The notes beneath the pieces were generated by a model. The model was given only the letters and a program-made list of their open reading frames with translations. It was not told the origin of the DNA and ran no database searches. This document shows positions 54,513 through 63,215 of a stretch of 64,000 nt of DNA, piece after piece; position 1 is the first letter of the stretch; every line of letters starts with the position of its first letter. This stretch comes from an archaeon. Its GTDB lineage: Archaea > Nanobdellota > Nanobdellia > Pacearchaeales > DTIR01. The stretch lies in the NCBI GenBank assembly GCA_043808285.1, contig JAZDFA010000003.1:12085-76084 (forward strand), given 5' to 3'. Both the position numbers and the translations under genes were made by a program.

Positions 54513-56657
54513 TTATTCTTCCTTCTCTTTCCCTACTTCAGCGGCTTCTTCTTTCTTTTTTTCCTCGGAAGCCTTTGCCTGCGCAATCCTCTTTGGGCAT
54601 TCGGGATTAAAGCAAAATATCCAAGGACGTCTACCTTTGCTTAATGCCATCATCAATGGGAAGCCGCACTCGCAATTTTTTTCTGTTTTCTTTATCAAGC
54701 CATAAGGAGGAAGCGAATATGTAGTCTTGCACTCAGGATATGCATTGCATGCCATGAATTGCCTTCCTTGCTTGTTCTTTCTAATAACAAGAAATCCCTT
54801 AACGCATTTAGAACACTTCATTATCTTGCTTGCTTCTCTCTCTTCCTCTTTTAGCTCCTCATAACCTTCCAAGAGCTGCTTTCCTATCTTTTCCTGCTTT
54901 GCCTTGAAATCTTTTGAAATATCAGTTATTACCTGCCTCGCTTCTTTTAGAACTCCCTGTTGTATCTTTTCTTTGTCCTTGCTATTTTCAATAATTTCCA
55001 TCTCATCTTCAAAATGCCTTGTGAGATTTTCATCGATTATCATTGGTGCCTCTTTTTTCATTGTATCAATCAAAGTTATCCCAAAAGAAGTTGCTTCAAC
55101 TGGGTCATTTTTTACGTAGCCCCTGCTTATTAATGTGTCAATTATCGATGCCCTTGTGCCTTTTGTGCCAAGATTTCTTTTTGTTAATTCTGCTACAAGA
55201 CCTGCCTGGCTGTATCTCTTTGGAGGCTGTGTCTGCTTTTCCTCAATTCTTATCTCTTTTATGCTTACCTTGCCATTTATATTTGGAATCTCTTTTTCCT
55301 GCACTCTTGAAGGATAAACCTTCATCCATCCTTCTTCATCAATAGAGGAGCCTGAAACAGAAAACTTTAAGTCATCTATCATAACAATTATTTTCTTGTT
55401 TTCAACAACTGCATCATTGCAAAAACAAGAAATGAATCTCTTCACTATCAAATCGTATACTTTCTTATCTTCACCATCCATCTTGGCATAATCTCCAGTA
55501 GGATAAATTGCGGGATGGGCATCATCTTTGATTCCTTCAACAGGATTTTCTTTTGTGATGTATTTTATAAGTTCTGTATTCTTTGAAATTTTTTGTATTA
55601 TTTTCTTGTAACCTATAGAAGGGGGAAGCTTTTGAGAAGAAGTTCTTGGGTAGCTTATAAGCCCTGCTAAGTATAATTTCTGTGCTACTTTAAGGAGTGC
55701 AGAAGGTTTTATGCCGTGCAACCTAAATGCCTCTAGCTGTAGTGTTGTGAGGTCAAATGGATGGGGAGGAACAACAATCTCTTTCTTTTCTTGAGTAGTT
55801 GCATCCCCGTATTTGCCTTTTAAGTGCTTGAACTTTAGAAGCTCTGACTGTTTTGTGAGGTCATTGTCATATTTTACTTCTGCTTTATGGTTGTCGCTAT
55901 CTAGCACCATCAAGAATACCTGCCAATAAGGCTCTGGCTTAAATGCGAGAATCTCTTTTTCCTTTTCAACAACAAAAGCCAATGCAGGACCTTGAACTCT
56001 TCCCATAGACATTATCCTAAATCTTCCTGCTTTGCTTAATGCACTCATTAATGCCCTGCTTAAGTTTATTCCGTAATACCAATCAAGCGTATGCCTTGTT
56101 TCTCCTCCAACTGCCAATCCAAAATCAATTGTAGGCATAGGATTTTCATATGCATCAACTATATCCTGTTTTGTGAGTGCAGAGAATTTCATTCTCTTTG
56201 CTTCCAATGTCTTGCATATAAATCTCAATATATTATATCCAATAAGCTCTCCTTCTATATCAAAGTCTGTTGCTATTGTAAACTTGCTTGCTTTTTTTGC
56301 CAAAGAAGAAAGGAGAGTATAGTATTTTTTTGTGAAATCGTTTTTTCCCTTATAGCTTGGAACCCAATCCACATGAAATATCGGATAACCTCTCTCTTGT
56401 GAGGTCAACCCCATTAAATGGCCTACTGCGCATGAAACAACTATGTTTTTCTTATTATGAGTCAATTCGTAATATGGAACACCATTGACAAGATTTCTTT
56501 TCAGAGAATCGTCTGCAAGCGCAGCAGCTATTTTCATTGCAGCCTGAGGCTTTTCAGTAATTATAAGCTCATAACCTCCTTTTTTTTCTGGAGCCTTGAT
56601 TTCGATGTAATCACTATCCTGCACAGATTCCACTTTTTCTTTTTTCTTTCTTGGCAT
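54513..56657 (-). CDS. topA: DNA topoisomerase, type IA (TopA/Topo III-like) with C-terminal zinc ribbons
   Basis: Toprim LIITEKPQAAMKIA, DFDIEGE, active-site region ISYPRTSS, and zinc ribbons CSKC...CNAYPEC and CECG...CFNPEC. Confidence 0.9.
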   Translation of the reverse strand: MPRKKKEKVESVQDSDYIEIKAPEKKGGYELIITEKPQAAMKIAAALADDSLKRNLVNGVPYYELTHNKKNIVVSCAVGHLMGLTSQERGYPIFHVDWVPSYKGKNDFTKKYYTLLSSLAKKASKFTIATDFDIEGELIGYNILRFICKTLEAKRMKFSALTKQDIVDAYENPMPTIDFGLAVGGETRHTLDWYYGINLSRALMSALSKAGRFRIMSMGRVQGPALAFVVEKEKEILAFKPEPYWQVFLMVLDSDNHKAEVKYDNDLTKQSELLKFKHLKGKYGDATTQEKKEIVVPPHPFDLTTLQLEAFRLHGIKPSALLKVAQKLYLAGLISYPRTSSQKLPPSIGYKKIIQKISKNTELIKYITKENPVEGIKDDAHPAIYPTGDYAKMDGEDKKVYDLIVKRFISCFCNDAVVENKKIIVMIDDLKFSVSGSSIDEEGWMKVYPSRVQEKEIPNINGKVSIKEIRIEEKQTQPPKRYSQAGLVAELTKRNLGTKGTRASIIDTLISRGYVKNDPVEATSFGITLIDTMKKEAPMIIDENLTRHFEDEMEIIENSKDKEKIQQGVLKEARQVITDISKDFKAKQEKIGKQLLEGYEELKEEEREASKIMKCSKCVKGFLVIRKNKQGRQFMACNAYPECKTTYSLPPYGLIKKTEKNCECGFPLMMALSKGRRPWIFCFNPECPKRIAQAKASEEKKKEEAAEVGKEKEE

Positions 56658-56716
56658 TTAAAAACAGATAGAAGGAGGGTATATAAAAATTGTTCTGTCT
56701 TAGAAAATATCAAAAA

Positions 56717-57022
56717 CTATTTCTTTGTTACTTTTTCTTCCTTTAGAATCATCTTTGCTATAAAAAATACGACAAATGCAATAACTATAAAATTTATTAA
56801 AGCACCAAGGAAAGAGCCCCACCCGATTACAACTGGACCCATTGAGAATGTCGCGGTCTGCCATGCGCCTCCAGGAATAAAAGGAGTAATTAATGGCATG
56901 ACTATATTATTTACAAGTGACTGCACAAGTGAAGTTGCAGCAACACCCATTATAAAAGCGACAGCCAAGCCTACTACCTTGTATTCTTTCAAGAAATCCT
57001 TAAATTCAGCAAACACCTTCAT
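56717..57022 (-). CDS. mscL: Large-conductance mechanosensitive channel
   Basis: FKDFLKEYKVVGLAVAFIMGVAATSLVQSLVNNIVMPLI, plus a second TM. 101 aa. Confidence 0.8.
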   Translation of the reverse strand: MKVFAEFKDFLKEYKVVGLAVAFIMGVAATSLVQSLVNNIVMPLITPFIPGGAWQTATFSMGPVVIGWGSFLGALINFIVIAFVVFFIAKMILKEEKVTKK

Positions 57023-57070
57023 TTTATGATCAAATAACTCAATACGATTTTATAAATATTACTTTTTTAT

Positions 57071-57907
57071 TCAAGATATTTTTTTGATAGTCTCAAGCTC
57101 TTTTATTCTTTTCTCTGCCGGAATTGCTGTGCTAAAAAGATTCCAAAATATTTTCTGAATCCATTCTATCCAGTCTTTGTCGTATATGCAGTAGAATGTA
57201 AATGTTTTTTTCTTTTTGTTTGATGGGACTCTGACTTCCTTGAATCTTGCAAGCTTTGAATCTATCACTATTGCCCTTAGCGGCTGCTCGCGATGCCTTA
57301 CTTCTATAACATTCCTTCCAACCCTCTCATTTATTGAAAGAAACCTGTTTACATTGTTCAAATTGGATAAATCCACATTTGCTATCACCTTGATGGAAAT
57401 GTTCTTTTTTGCAAGGCTCTCAAAAATCTCAATTGTTTTTGTATTGCCCTGCTTAAGATTTGCCCATGACAGGCTGCCCGAAAAAATAAGTATCTGTTTT
57501 TCAGTGTTCTTTAGCAAATCATGCAGGTCTTTATTCAATGCGGTCTCGCTTTCATCTTCCTGCTGCTCCATAAATGCGGACTTCTTTTTTTCATCAACAT
57601 ACTGATATATGTCAAATGGGCTGAAATCATCCTTGCCCCTGGATGACTCTATCCTTGAAAAAAGTTTTTCCTGAAATGAGGTTGCATGAATTTTTTCTAT
57701 GTTATTCCAGTAAACTATCTTTAATGCGCCTCTGCTGCCTTCCCGAAATGTCCTCATGGAGATAGTTCCCTGCTCTTCGGATATCTTCTCTATATATCGA
57801 TTTGCAGTTCTCCAGTTCTTTTTTAGATAAGTTGCAATCTCATCCACTGTTCTTGGCTTTGAATAAACAAGATCATTAATTCTTTTAGAAATCTCTGGTG
57901 TAAGCAT
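57071..57907 (-). CDS. Winged-helix transcriptional regulator (TrmB-like architecture)
   Basis: wHTH SKRINDLVYSKPRTVDEIATYLKKNWRTANRYIEKI plus a C-terminal alpha/beta domain. The internal ATG 57907 is preferred; the 65-aa N-terminal extension in the ORF track is hydrophobic junk that overlaps the divergent gene. Confidence 0.45.
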   Translation of the reverse strand: MLTPEISKRINDLVYSKPRTVDEIATYLKKNWRTANRYIEKISEEQGTISMRTFREGSRGALKIVYWNNIEKIHATSFQEKLFSRIESSRGKDDFSPFDIYQYVDEKKKSAFMEQQEDESETALNKDLHDLLKNTEKQILIFSGSLSWANLKQGNTKTIEIFESLAKKNISIKVIANVDLSNLNNVNRFLSINERVGRNVIEVRHREQPLRAIVIDSKLARFKEVRVPSNKKKKTFTFYCIYDKDWIEWIQKIFWNLFSTAIPAEKRIKELETIKKIS

Positions 57908-58077
57908 GGAGATTAAATGCAAAAGGAGGTTTTTAAGTTTTTTCTTCTTGTACAACACTATGCCTATTTTTTTGTCAAAAAAGTATAATAAAAATACAAC
58001 TCTTTGATATATATGTGAAAAAATACCTCCTTTCACTGCCCCCAAAAAAATAGGGGGAGCTAATAATAAAAAAAGAG

Positions 58078-58536
58078 ATGATAGAAATGGAAGAAATACC
58101 AAAAGTAAAAGTAGTTTATGGAAATGAAGAGTTTGAGCTTACAGAGCAAGAGCTTGACAGGGTAGTGGCGATTGCATCAAAGAGACTAAGAAATGATTTG
58201 ATAGGAGCAAGGCTTGGATTCTTGCCAGTGAAAAGGAATGAATTGAAGAATGAAAATGATATCAAAGTGATAAAAGACGGCTATGAAAGCGAATTATACC
58301 GCGCGATGGCTGAAACAATGGTTTATGCTATAGAAAATGGATACCTTGATGAATATGCGTTGTGCGGCTGTGATGAAGAAAAATCAATAGCATTTGCAGC
58401 AGACATGTCTTCAAAGATTGACAGGAATGCTATCAACACGCTTGCAAGAATAAGAAACCAGACATCTCATGAATTAATTGATTCTGAGATACAAAAAATG
58501 CTTTTTAGCAAAGGCAATAATTGCATTTTCTATTAA
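58078..58536 (+). CDS. Hypothetical protein with a HEPN-like Rx4H motif
   Basis: NTLARIRNQTSHELI matches the HEPN/Abi-type pattern hydrophobic-R-N-x3-H. The rest is predicted helical, and no other motif was seen. Confidence 0.35.
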   Translation: MIEMEEIPKVKVVYGNEEFELTEQELDRVVAIASKRLRNDLIGARLGFLPVKRNELKNENDIKVIKDGYESELYRAMAETMVYAIENGYLDEYALCGCDEEKSIAFAADMSSKIDRNAINTLARIRNQTSHELIDSEIQKMLFSKGNNCIFY

Positions 58537-58583
58537 AAAATCAGTTTTTAATATATCTAATAAGATCATTATCGCACATCAAA

Positions 58584-59399
58584 ATGGGGCTGAAAACAAA
58601 AGACAGGATAAGAGTGTATATGCCTTGCCGCAATTGCAGTGGCAGCGGGAGAGTGCTCCCGGATTATACTGGCAGTCCTTCTGTAGGGGATTTATTCGGA
58701 TGTGATTTCAGCCATGAATGTGAAATATGCAAGGGAGAAAGGCAGACAGAAATAAAAAAGAACCATCCGGAATATAAAAGGTATTATCGCTTAACACTTG
58801 AAGAGAGGATAAAATCTGCCTTGGTTCAGACGGATTCTGCAAAGAAGAGCTATGATGAATATCTTAGAGAGTACAATTTTTACAAGAATCTGCATGAAAG
58901 AATCAAGATTGACAAAAAAACTAAAGATAACCTCAAGGAAAAATATATAGAAGATGGGAAAAAACTTCAAGAGAGATATCGCGATGATAGAAAAAGTGAA
59001 AGATTATTGGATGCCATCTTGCTTGAGTTATTAAATAAAGAGGGGTCTATGGAAAGAGACAGATTAAAAGAAAGTGTCTGCAGAATAACAAACAAATTGC
59101 ATAACAAAGGAGTAATATTAAATATTGATTCAAAAGATGAGAAGAAGAATGAATATAGAAACAGTGATAATCTTGAGTCTGCTCTTGTTTATCTTTCCTG
59201 CAATCGGATAATCGAGATGGACTGTTCAAGAATGCTTGGTACTGACATTATATACAGAGTTCATGAAAGTGTTAAAATGGCTGGAACAGCCAGATATCTT
59301 AAGATGATTTATGGAAATTCCTCAAATAATGATAAGAACATTCTCAGGAAAGAGATAAAAAATTATTCAAATCAAAAAATTAAAATAAAACCTCAATAG
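58584..59399 (+). CDS. Hypothetical protein: DnaJ-type CxxCxGxG zinc finger + coiled coil + wHTH-like C-terminal region
   Basis: CRNCSGSGRV and CEICKGERQ, then a charged helical middle, then LLELLNKEGSMERDRLKESV. ATG 58584 is preferred over 58521. Confidence 0.4.
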   Translation: MGLKTKDRIRVYMPCRNCSGSGRVLPDYTGSPSVGDLFGCDFSHECEICKGERQTEIKKNHPEYKRYYRLTLEERIKSALVQTDSAKKSYDEYLREYNFYKNLHERIKIDKKTKDNLKEKYIEDGKKLQERYRDDRKSERLLDAILLELLNKEGSMERDRLKESVCRITNKLHNKGVILNIDSKDEKKNEYRNSDNLESALVYLSCNRIIEMDCSRMLGTDIIYRVHESVKMAGTARYLKMIYGNSSNNDKNILRKEIKNYSNQKIKIKPQ

Positions 59400-59403
59400 C
59401 AAA

Positions 59404-59616
59404 ATGCTAAAAAGAATAAGATTCAATGACTGGTATTCTGGGCAGTTAGAACTTGAAGAACTGATTCTGGATGGGAAAATACAACCTCTTTCCCAAGAAG
59501 AAGTTGATGAGATGGAGAAACGTGCAAAAGAATTTCTATCAAAAGGATATTACAGCAAGGATAGTCTTACGGAGAAGATAAAATCTTATTCTACTAAAAA
59601 TGACAGAAAAAAATGA
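59404..59616 (+). CDS. Hypothetical small protein (70 aa)
   Basis: ORF tightly packed in the same cassette. Confidence 0.35.
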   Translation: MLKRIRFNDWYSGQLELEELILDGKIQPLSQEEVDEMEKRAKEFLSKGYYSKDSLTEKIKSYSTKNDRKK

Positions 59617-59830
59617 AGGAATCAATATCGATGACCCCCTAGTGATGATATTTAGAATGATGATGCTTGAGAAAGAGGCAAAAAATGAAAGGTCAGACCT
59701 CTATTGCCCAAAATGCAACACAAATCTTCCAAAAAGACCACCATTCTTAGATTTTAGCGGCACAGACTGCTACATTATAGCTCAAGAAAATAGAAATTAT
59801 TATTGTGGTTTATGCGATGAATATTTCTAA
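59600..59830 (+). CDS. Hypothetical zinc-ribbon protein (76 aa)
   Basis: CPKC...CGLC. Overlaps the previous ORF by 17 nt. Confidence 0.4.
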   Translation: MTEKNEGINIDDPLVMIFRMMMLEKEAKNERSDLYCPKCNTNLPKRPPFLDFSGTDCYIIAQENRNYYCGLCDEYF

Positions 59831-59831
59831 A

Positions 59832-60302
59832 TTAATGCCAGAATATCTTCAATAATTCTATTACTGCACTTGAAAAAAATGCAAGGACACTTATCCCCAA
59901 GAGGCTTCCGCTTAATATTAGAAAGTATGAAACCTTTTTATTCAGTTTAAGTGTGAATGCTAAAAGAACAGAACTCCATATCCCCCCTCCAAATGAGGGC
60001 ATTGTACTCAAGAGAAAAACCCCACTAGCACCCAATCTTCTTGCCCATTTCCATGCTTTTGAATCCTTTATGTCTTTTTTCTCCTTCTTTGCATGAACAT
60101 GAATATTTTTTGAAAGCCTGATCTTTTCCTGGCTATAAATAAAATAGAAAATCGGAATTTGTAATAAATCCAGGCACAAGGATAAAATGATGATAATCAA
60201 GGGATTTGAGGTTGCTGCAATGCCATAGGGAATGCCCATCTTTCTCCCACCCAAGATATAAGTTGATGCAAAGATAAAAAAGAAAAGAAAGAAATTAATC
60301 AT
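59832..60302 (-). CDS. Small multi-pass membrane protein (COG2426/small-exporter-like)
   Basis: Four hydrophobic helices. No catalytic motif. Confidence 0.45.
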   Translation of the reverse strand: MINFFLFFFIFASTYILGGRKMGIPYGIAATSNPLIIIILSLCLDLLQIPIFYFIYSQEKIRLSKNIHVHAKKEKKDIKDSKAWKWARRLGASGVFLLSTMPSFGGGIWSSVLLAFTLKLNKKVSYFLILSGSLLGISVLAFFSSAVIELLKIFWH

Positions 60303-60889
60303 TTTATTTCTATTATTCTCCCTCTTCTTCCCACATTTATCACTCTTGTCTTACCTATCTTTTCCTCAACTCCCTCAAGCTCATGGATATGCCCTGCAAT
60401 GAAAATGTCTGGCTGAAATTTTTCTATAGCCCTTCTTATCCCTTTGCTTCCTGGGAATCCAGATAATTCAGACTTTGTTCCTGCCGCATGCATGTGAGTG
60501 ACCATTATCTTCTTTTCTAAATCCTTCACCTTGTCGAAATTCTTTTTTAGCTTCTGATAAACTTCCCTTTCGTTTAGAGTAAGCAATCCTGCATTGCCGC
60601 TTCCAAATACTCCCACCTTTTCATGCCTAATGTAATATTCTTCAAGATTTTTTATTCCGTAAAATTTTGAGACGAATTCTGCAGATTCTGGGGAGTCCCA
60701 GTTGCCCGGAATAAACACAACCTTTTTTTTAGTATCTACAAATGGCTTTATGAGATTCTTTGTTTCCAAAACTCCAACTATGTCTCCTGTAAGAATGATT
60801 AAGTCAACATTGTTTTTCTTCGCTTTTTCAGCCAGCTTCTTTGCAAGCTTACTGTCTCCATGTATGTCCCCTGCAGCAAATATCTTCAT
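60299..60889 (-). CDS. Calcineurin-like metallophosphoesterase (YfcE/MJ0936-like)
   Basis: AAGDIHGD, LTGDIV, GNWD, VTHMHA, GHIHE. Confidence 0.85.
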   Translation of the reverse strand: MKIFAAGDIHGDSKLAKKLAEKAKKNNVDLIILTGDIVGVLETKNLIKPFVDTKKKVVFIPGNWDSPESAEFVSKFYGIKNLEEYYIRHEKVGVFGSGNAGLLTLNEREVYQKLKKNFDKVKDLEKKIMVTHMHAAGTKSELSGFPGSKGIRRAIEKFQPDIFIAGHIHELEGVEEKIGKTRVINVGRRGRIIEIK

Positions 60890-60986
60890 AGGATATCAAG
60901 GAAAAATTGTTATTTAAATGTTGGTGGATAAACAAACTGGGGGAGCAAATAAGAAGGGTTAAATACGCACTTTTTCTTTTTTAAAG

Positions 60987-61964
60987 ATGGAATATAAAAA
61001 GATATCAGATTTAAAACTGCCATCAATAGGGATAGGCACATGGGGCATGGGTGGCTGGCTTGAAAAAGACACTTCTTATGATTCTGAATGCGTTTACGCA
61101 ATAAAAACTGCAATAAAACTAGGCATGACGCACATAGATACTGCTGAGGTATATGCAAACGGGCATGCTGAAGAAATTGTGAGTAAGGCAATAGCAGGAA
61201 TGCAGAGAAATAAACTGTTCATAACAACAAAAGTATACAGAAATCATCTTCATTATAATGATGTCATCTCTGCTGCTAAAAGAAGCCTTAGAAGACTGAA
61301 AACAGATTACATAGATTTGTATCTTATTCATTGGCCTAATCCTAAAGTCCCATTGAAAGAAACAATCAGGGCAATGGATTACCTTATTGGTGCAGGAGTT
61401 GTAAAGAACATCGGAGTAAGCAATTTTTCTTTAAAACTTCTCAAAGAGGCTCAATCTTACACGAAGAACAAGATTGTTGCAAACCAGGTAGAATATAGCT
61501 TATTAAAGAGAAATGCAGGAGAAAAACTTCTGGAGTATTGCAAGCAAAATGACATATTCTTAATTGCCTATCAGCCCCTAGCTGGTGGGAAGCTTGCAAA
61601 AAAAGGCTATAAACTTCTTGATGAGATGGCAAAGAAATATCAAAAAACACAAGCACAGGTAGCAATAAACTGGCTTATCTCCCAAGATAATGTCATAACC
61701 ATCCCAAAAGCAATGACTGCAAAGCATGTAAGGGAAAATTCTATTGCTGCTGGATGGAGGATGAAAAAAGAAGATGATTTCAAATTAGGCAAGTATTTTA
61801 TCAAATTCCATGCTGTATCTAAATTCATAGGAAAGCCCATAAAGTTAATAGAGGAATTCATATTATCTCTTCTTCCTGAAAAAGCTGCAGAGAAACTTGA
61901 AAAAATATATTGTAAAATAATTCAAGGATTATCTAAAACACAGAAAAAGATTTTCTCCAAGTAA
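60987..61964 (+). CDS. Aldo/keto reductase
   Basis: LPSIGIGTWGMGG, HIDTAEVYANGHAEE, DLYLIHWP, and IPKAMTAKHVREN. Has a C-terminal extension of about 45 aa. Confidence 0.9.
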   Translation: MEYKKISDLKLPSIGIGTWGMGGWLEKDTSYDSECVYAIKTAIKLGMTHIDTAEVYANGHAEEIVSKAIAGMQRNKLFITTKVYRNHLHYNDVISAAKRSLRRLKTDYIDLYLIHWPNPKVPLKETIRAMDYLIGAGVVKNIGVSNFSLKLLKEAQSYTKNKIVANQVEYSLLKRNAGEKLLEYCKQNDIFLIAYQPLAGGKLAKKGYKLLDEMAKKYQKTQAQVAINWLISQDNVITIPKAMTAKHVRENSIAAGWRMKKEDDFKLGKYFIKFHAVSKFIGKPIKLIEEFILSLLPEKAAEKLEKIYCKIIQGLSKTQKKIFSK

Positions 61965-62015
61965 AAAAGAATCATAATTCATAAGCTTTATTAATATATA
62001 TTATTTTTTTATGTT

Positions 62016-62510
62016 ATGATAGAAATTTCAGTTCATGGAAGGGGTGGCCAGGGGGCAGTAAGGTCTGCCCAACTTCTTGCAGAAGCCGCATTTATAGAGG
62101 GCTATGAAGTGCAATCATTCCCAATGTTTGGAGTTGAGAGAAGAGGGGCGCCTGTCCAGGCGTTTGTAAGAATTGACAAAGAAAAAATATTAACAATGGC
62201 ACAAGTAAAGCAACCAGATTATGCAATTGTACTTGATCCCACTTTGTTTCAAAGCAAAATAGAAGCAAAAAAAGAGGTTTTCATAAATACTCCAAGCAAA
62301 GGTAAGAACAATTTTGATGCAACATCTTTATCATTAAAGATATTCCCCCAGGCAGTAAATACCTGCATGGTAGCATTCTTCGCAATTTCAAGTGGGATTG
62401 TTAAAAAAGAATCATTAATAGAAGCAATAAACAACCTTTTTAGTGGAGAAGCAGCGCAAAAAAACATAATAATAATAGAGGAAACATTCAAATCTTTGAA
62501 AAATGGATGA
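62016..62510 (+). CDS. porG: Pyruvate/2-oxoacid:ferredoxin oxidoreductase gamma subunit
   Basis: EISVHGRGGQGAVRSAQLLAEAAFIEGYEVQSFPMFGVERRGAPV. Confidence 0.9.
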   Translation: MIEISVHGRGGQGAVRSAQLLAEAAFIEGYEVQSFPMFGVERRGAPVQAFVRIDKEKILTMAQVKQPDYAIVLDPTLFQSKIEAKKEVFINTPSKGKNNFDATSLSLKIFPQAVNTCMVAFFAISSGIVKKESLIEAINNLFSGEAAQKNIIIIEETFKSLKNG

Positions 62511-62835
62511 AATGCAAGAAAATTTTGCAGCAATTGTAACAAATCCTGGCAGCAGCAGAAGTAATAAGACTGGATCCTGGAGAACATTGAAACCAAGAGT
62601 GTTATTTGAAAAATGCATAGGATGTGGCACTTGCGCAAGATTCTGCCCTGAAGGTTGTATCAAAATAATTAACAAGAAATCAACAATAGATTATGATTAC
62701 TGCAAAGGCTGCGGCATATGCGCAATAGAATGCCCGCTCAAAGCAATAACAATGGAAAAAGAGGATAAGGAATACTGGGATGTATGCCTAATAAAACCAA
62801 CAACCAAAATCTTGGGTGGAAAAAAATCAAAATGA
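62503..62835 (+). CDS. porD: Pyruvate:ferredoxin oxidoreductase delta subunit (2x[4Fe-4S])
   Basis: CIGCGTCARFCP and CKGCGICAIECP. Confidence 0.85.
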   Translation: MDEMQENFAAIVTNPGSSRSNKTGSWRTLKPRVLFEKCIGCGTCARFCPEGCIKIINKKSTIDYDYCKGCGICAIECPLKAITMEKEDKEYWDVCLIKPTTKILGGKKSK

Positions 62836-63203
62836 GTAGCGATTTAATAAAACTGATAAAAAAGATTGAAAAAGAAAGAGACTGCGCATGCGACATAGAT
62901 GTGAATATAGTAAAAAATGGAGTATATGCTTCAGAAAAATATGGTAATCTTGACAACAGAAAAATAAAGCTGAACAAGATAGCAAGAAAATACAGGGAGG
63001 ATATAACAAAAGACCTGAAATTATTGAAAGATATATATCACTCTGTCAAGGAATTAAAAGATTGCCTTGGGAAGAATAATCTCCTGTTGAAATATCACGT
63101 ATTAAAAGATGGAATATACTTAAAAACTCCCGGAATCCATGGGGGATTCTTAGAAGGAATTGGAGACAAGATTGCAAGTATAGAATATGACAGATTAAAA
63201 TAG
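62832..63203 (+). CDS. Hypothetical protein inserted between porD and porA
   Basis: ATG 62832 overlaps the porD stop (ATGA). 123 aa, no motif recognised. The ORF track starts it at 62784. Confidence 0.45.
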   Translation: MSSDLIKLIKKIEKERDCACDIDVNIVKNGVYASEKYGNLDNRKIKLNKIARKYREDITKDLKLLKDIYHSVKELKDCLGKNNLLLKYHVLKDGIYLKTPGIHGGFLEGIGDKIASIEYDRLK

Positions 63204-63215
63204 GAAATTAAAATC

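Noticed and set aside
56457-57029. 190-aa plus-strand ORF overlapping the topA start and all of mscL
   Set aside because: It lies antisense to two genes with strong family signatures, and it has no motif of its own.
57908-58102. N-terminal 65-aa extension of the TrmB-like ORF in the ORF track
   Set aside because: The extension is hydrophobic and low-complexity, and it overlaps the start of the divergent gene at 58078. The winged-helix domain begins right after the internal ATG at 57907.
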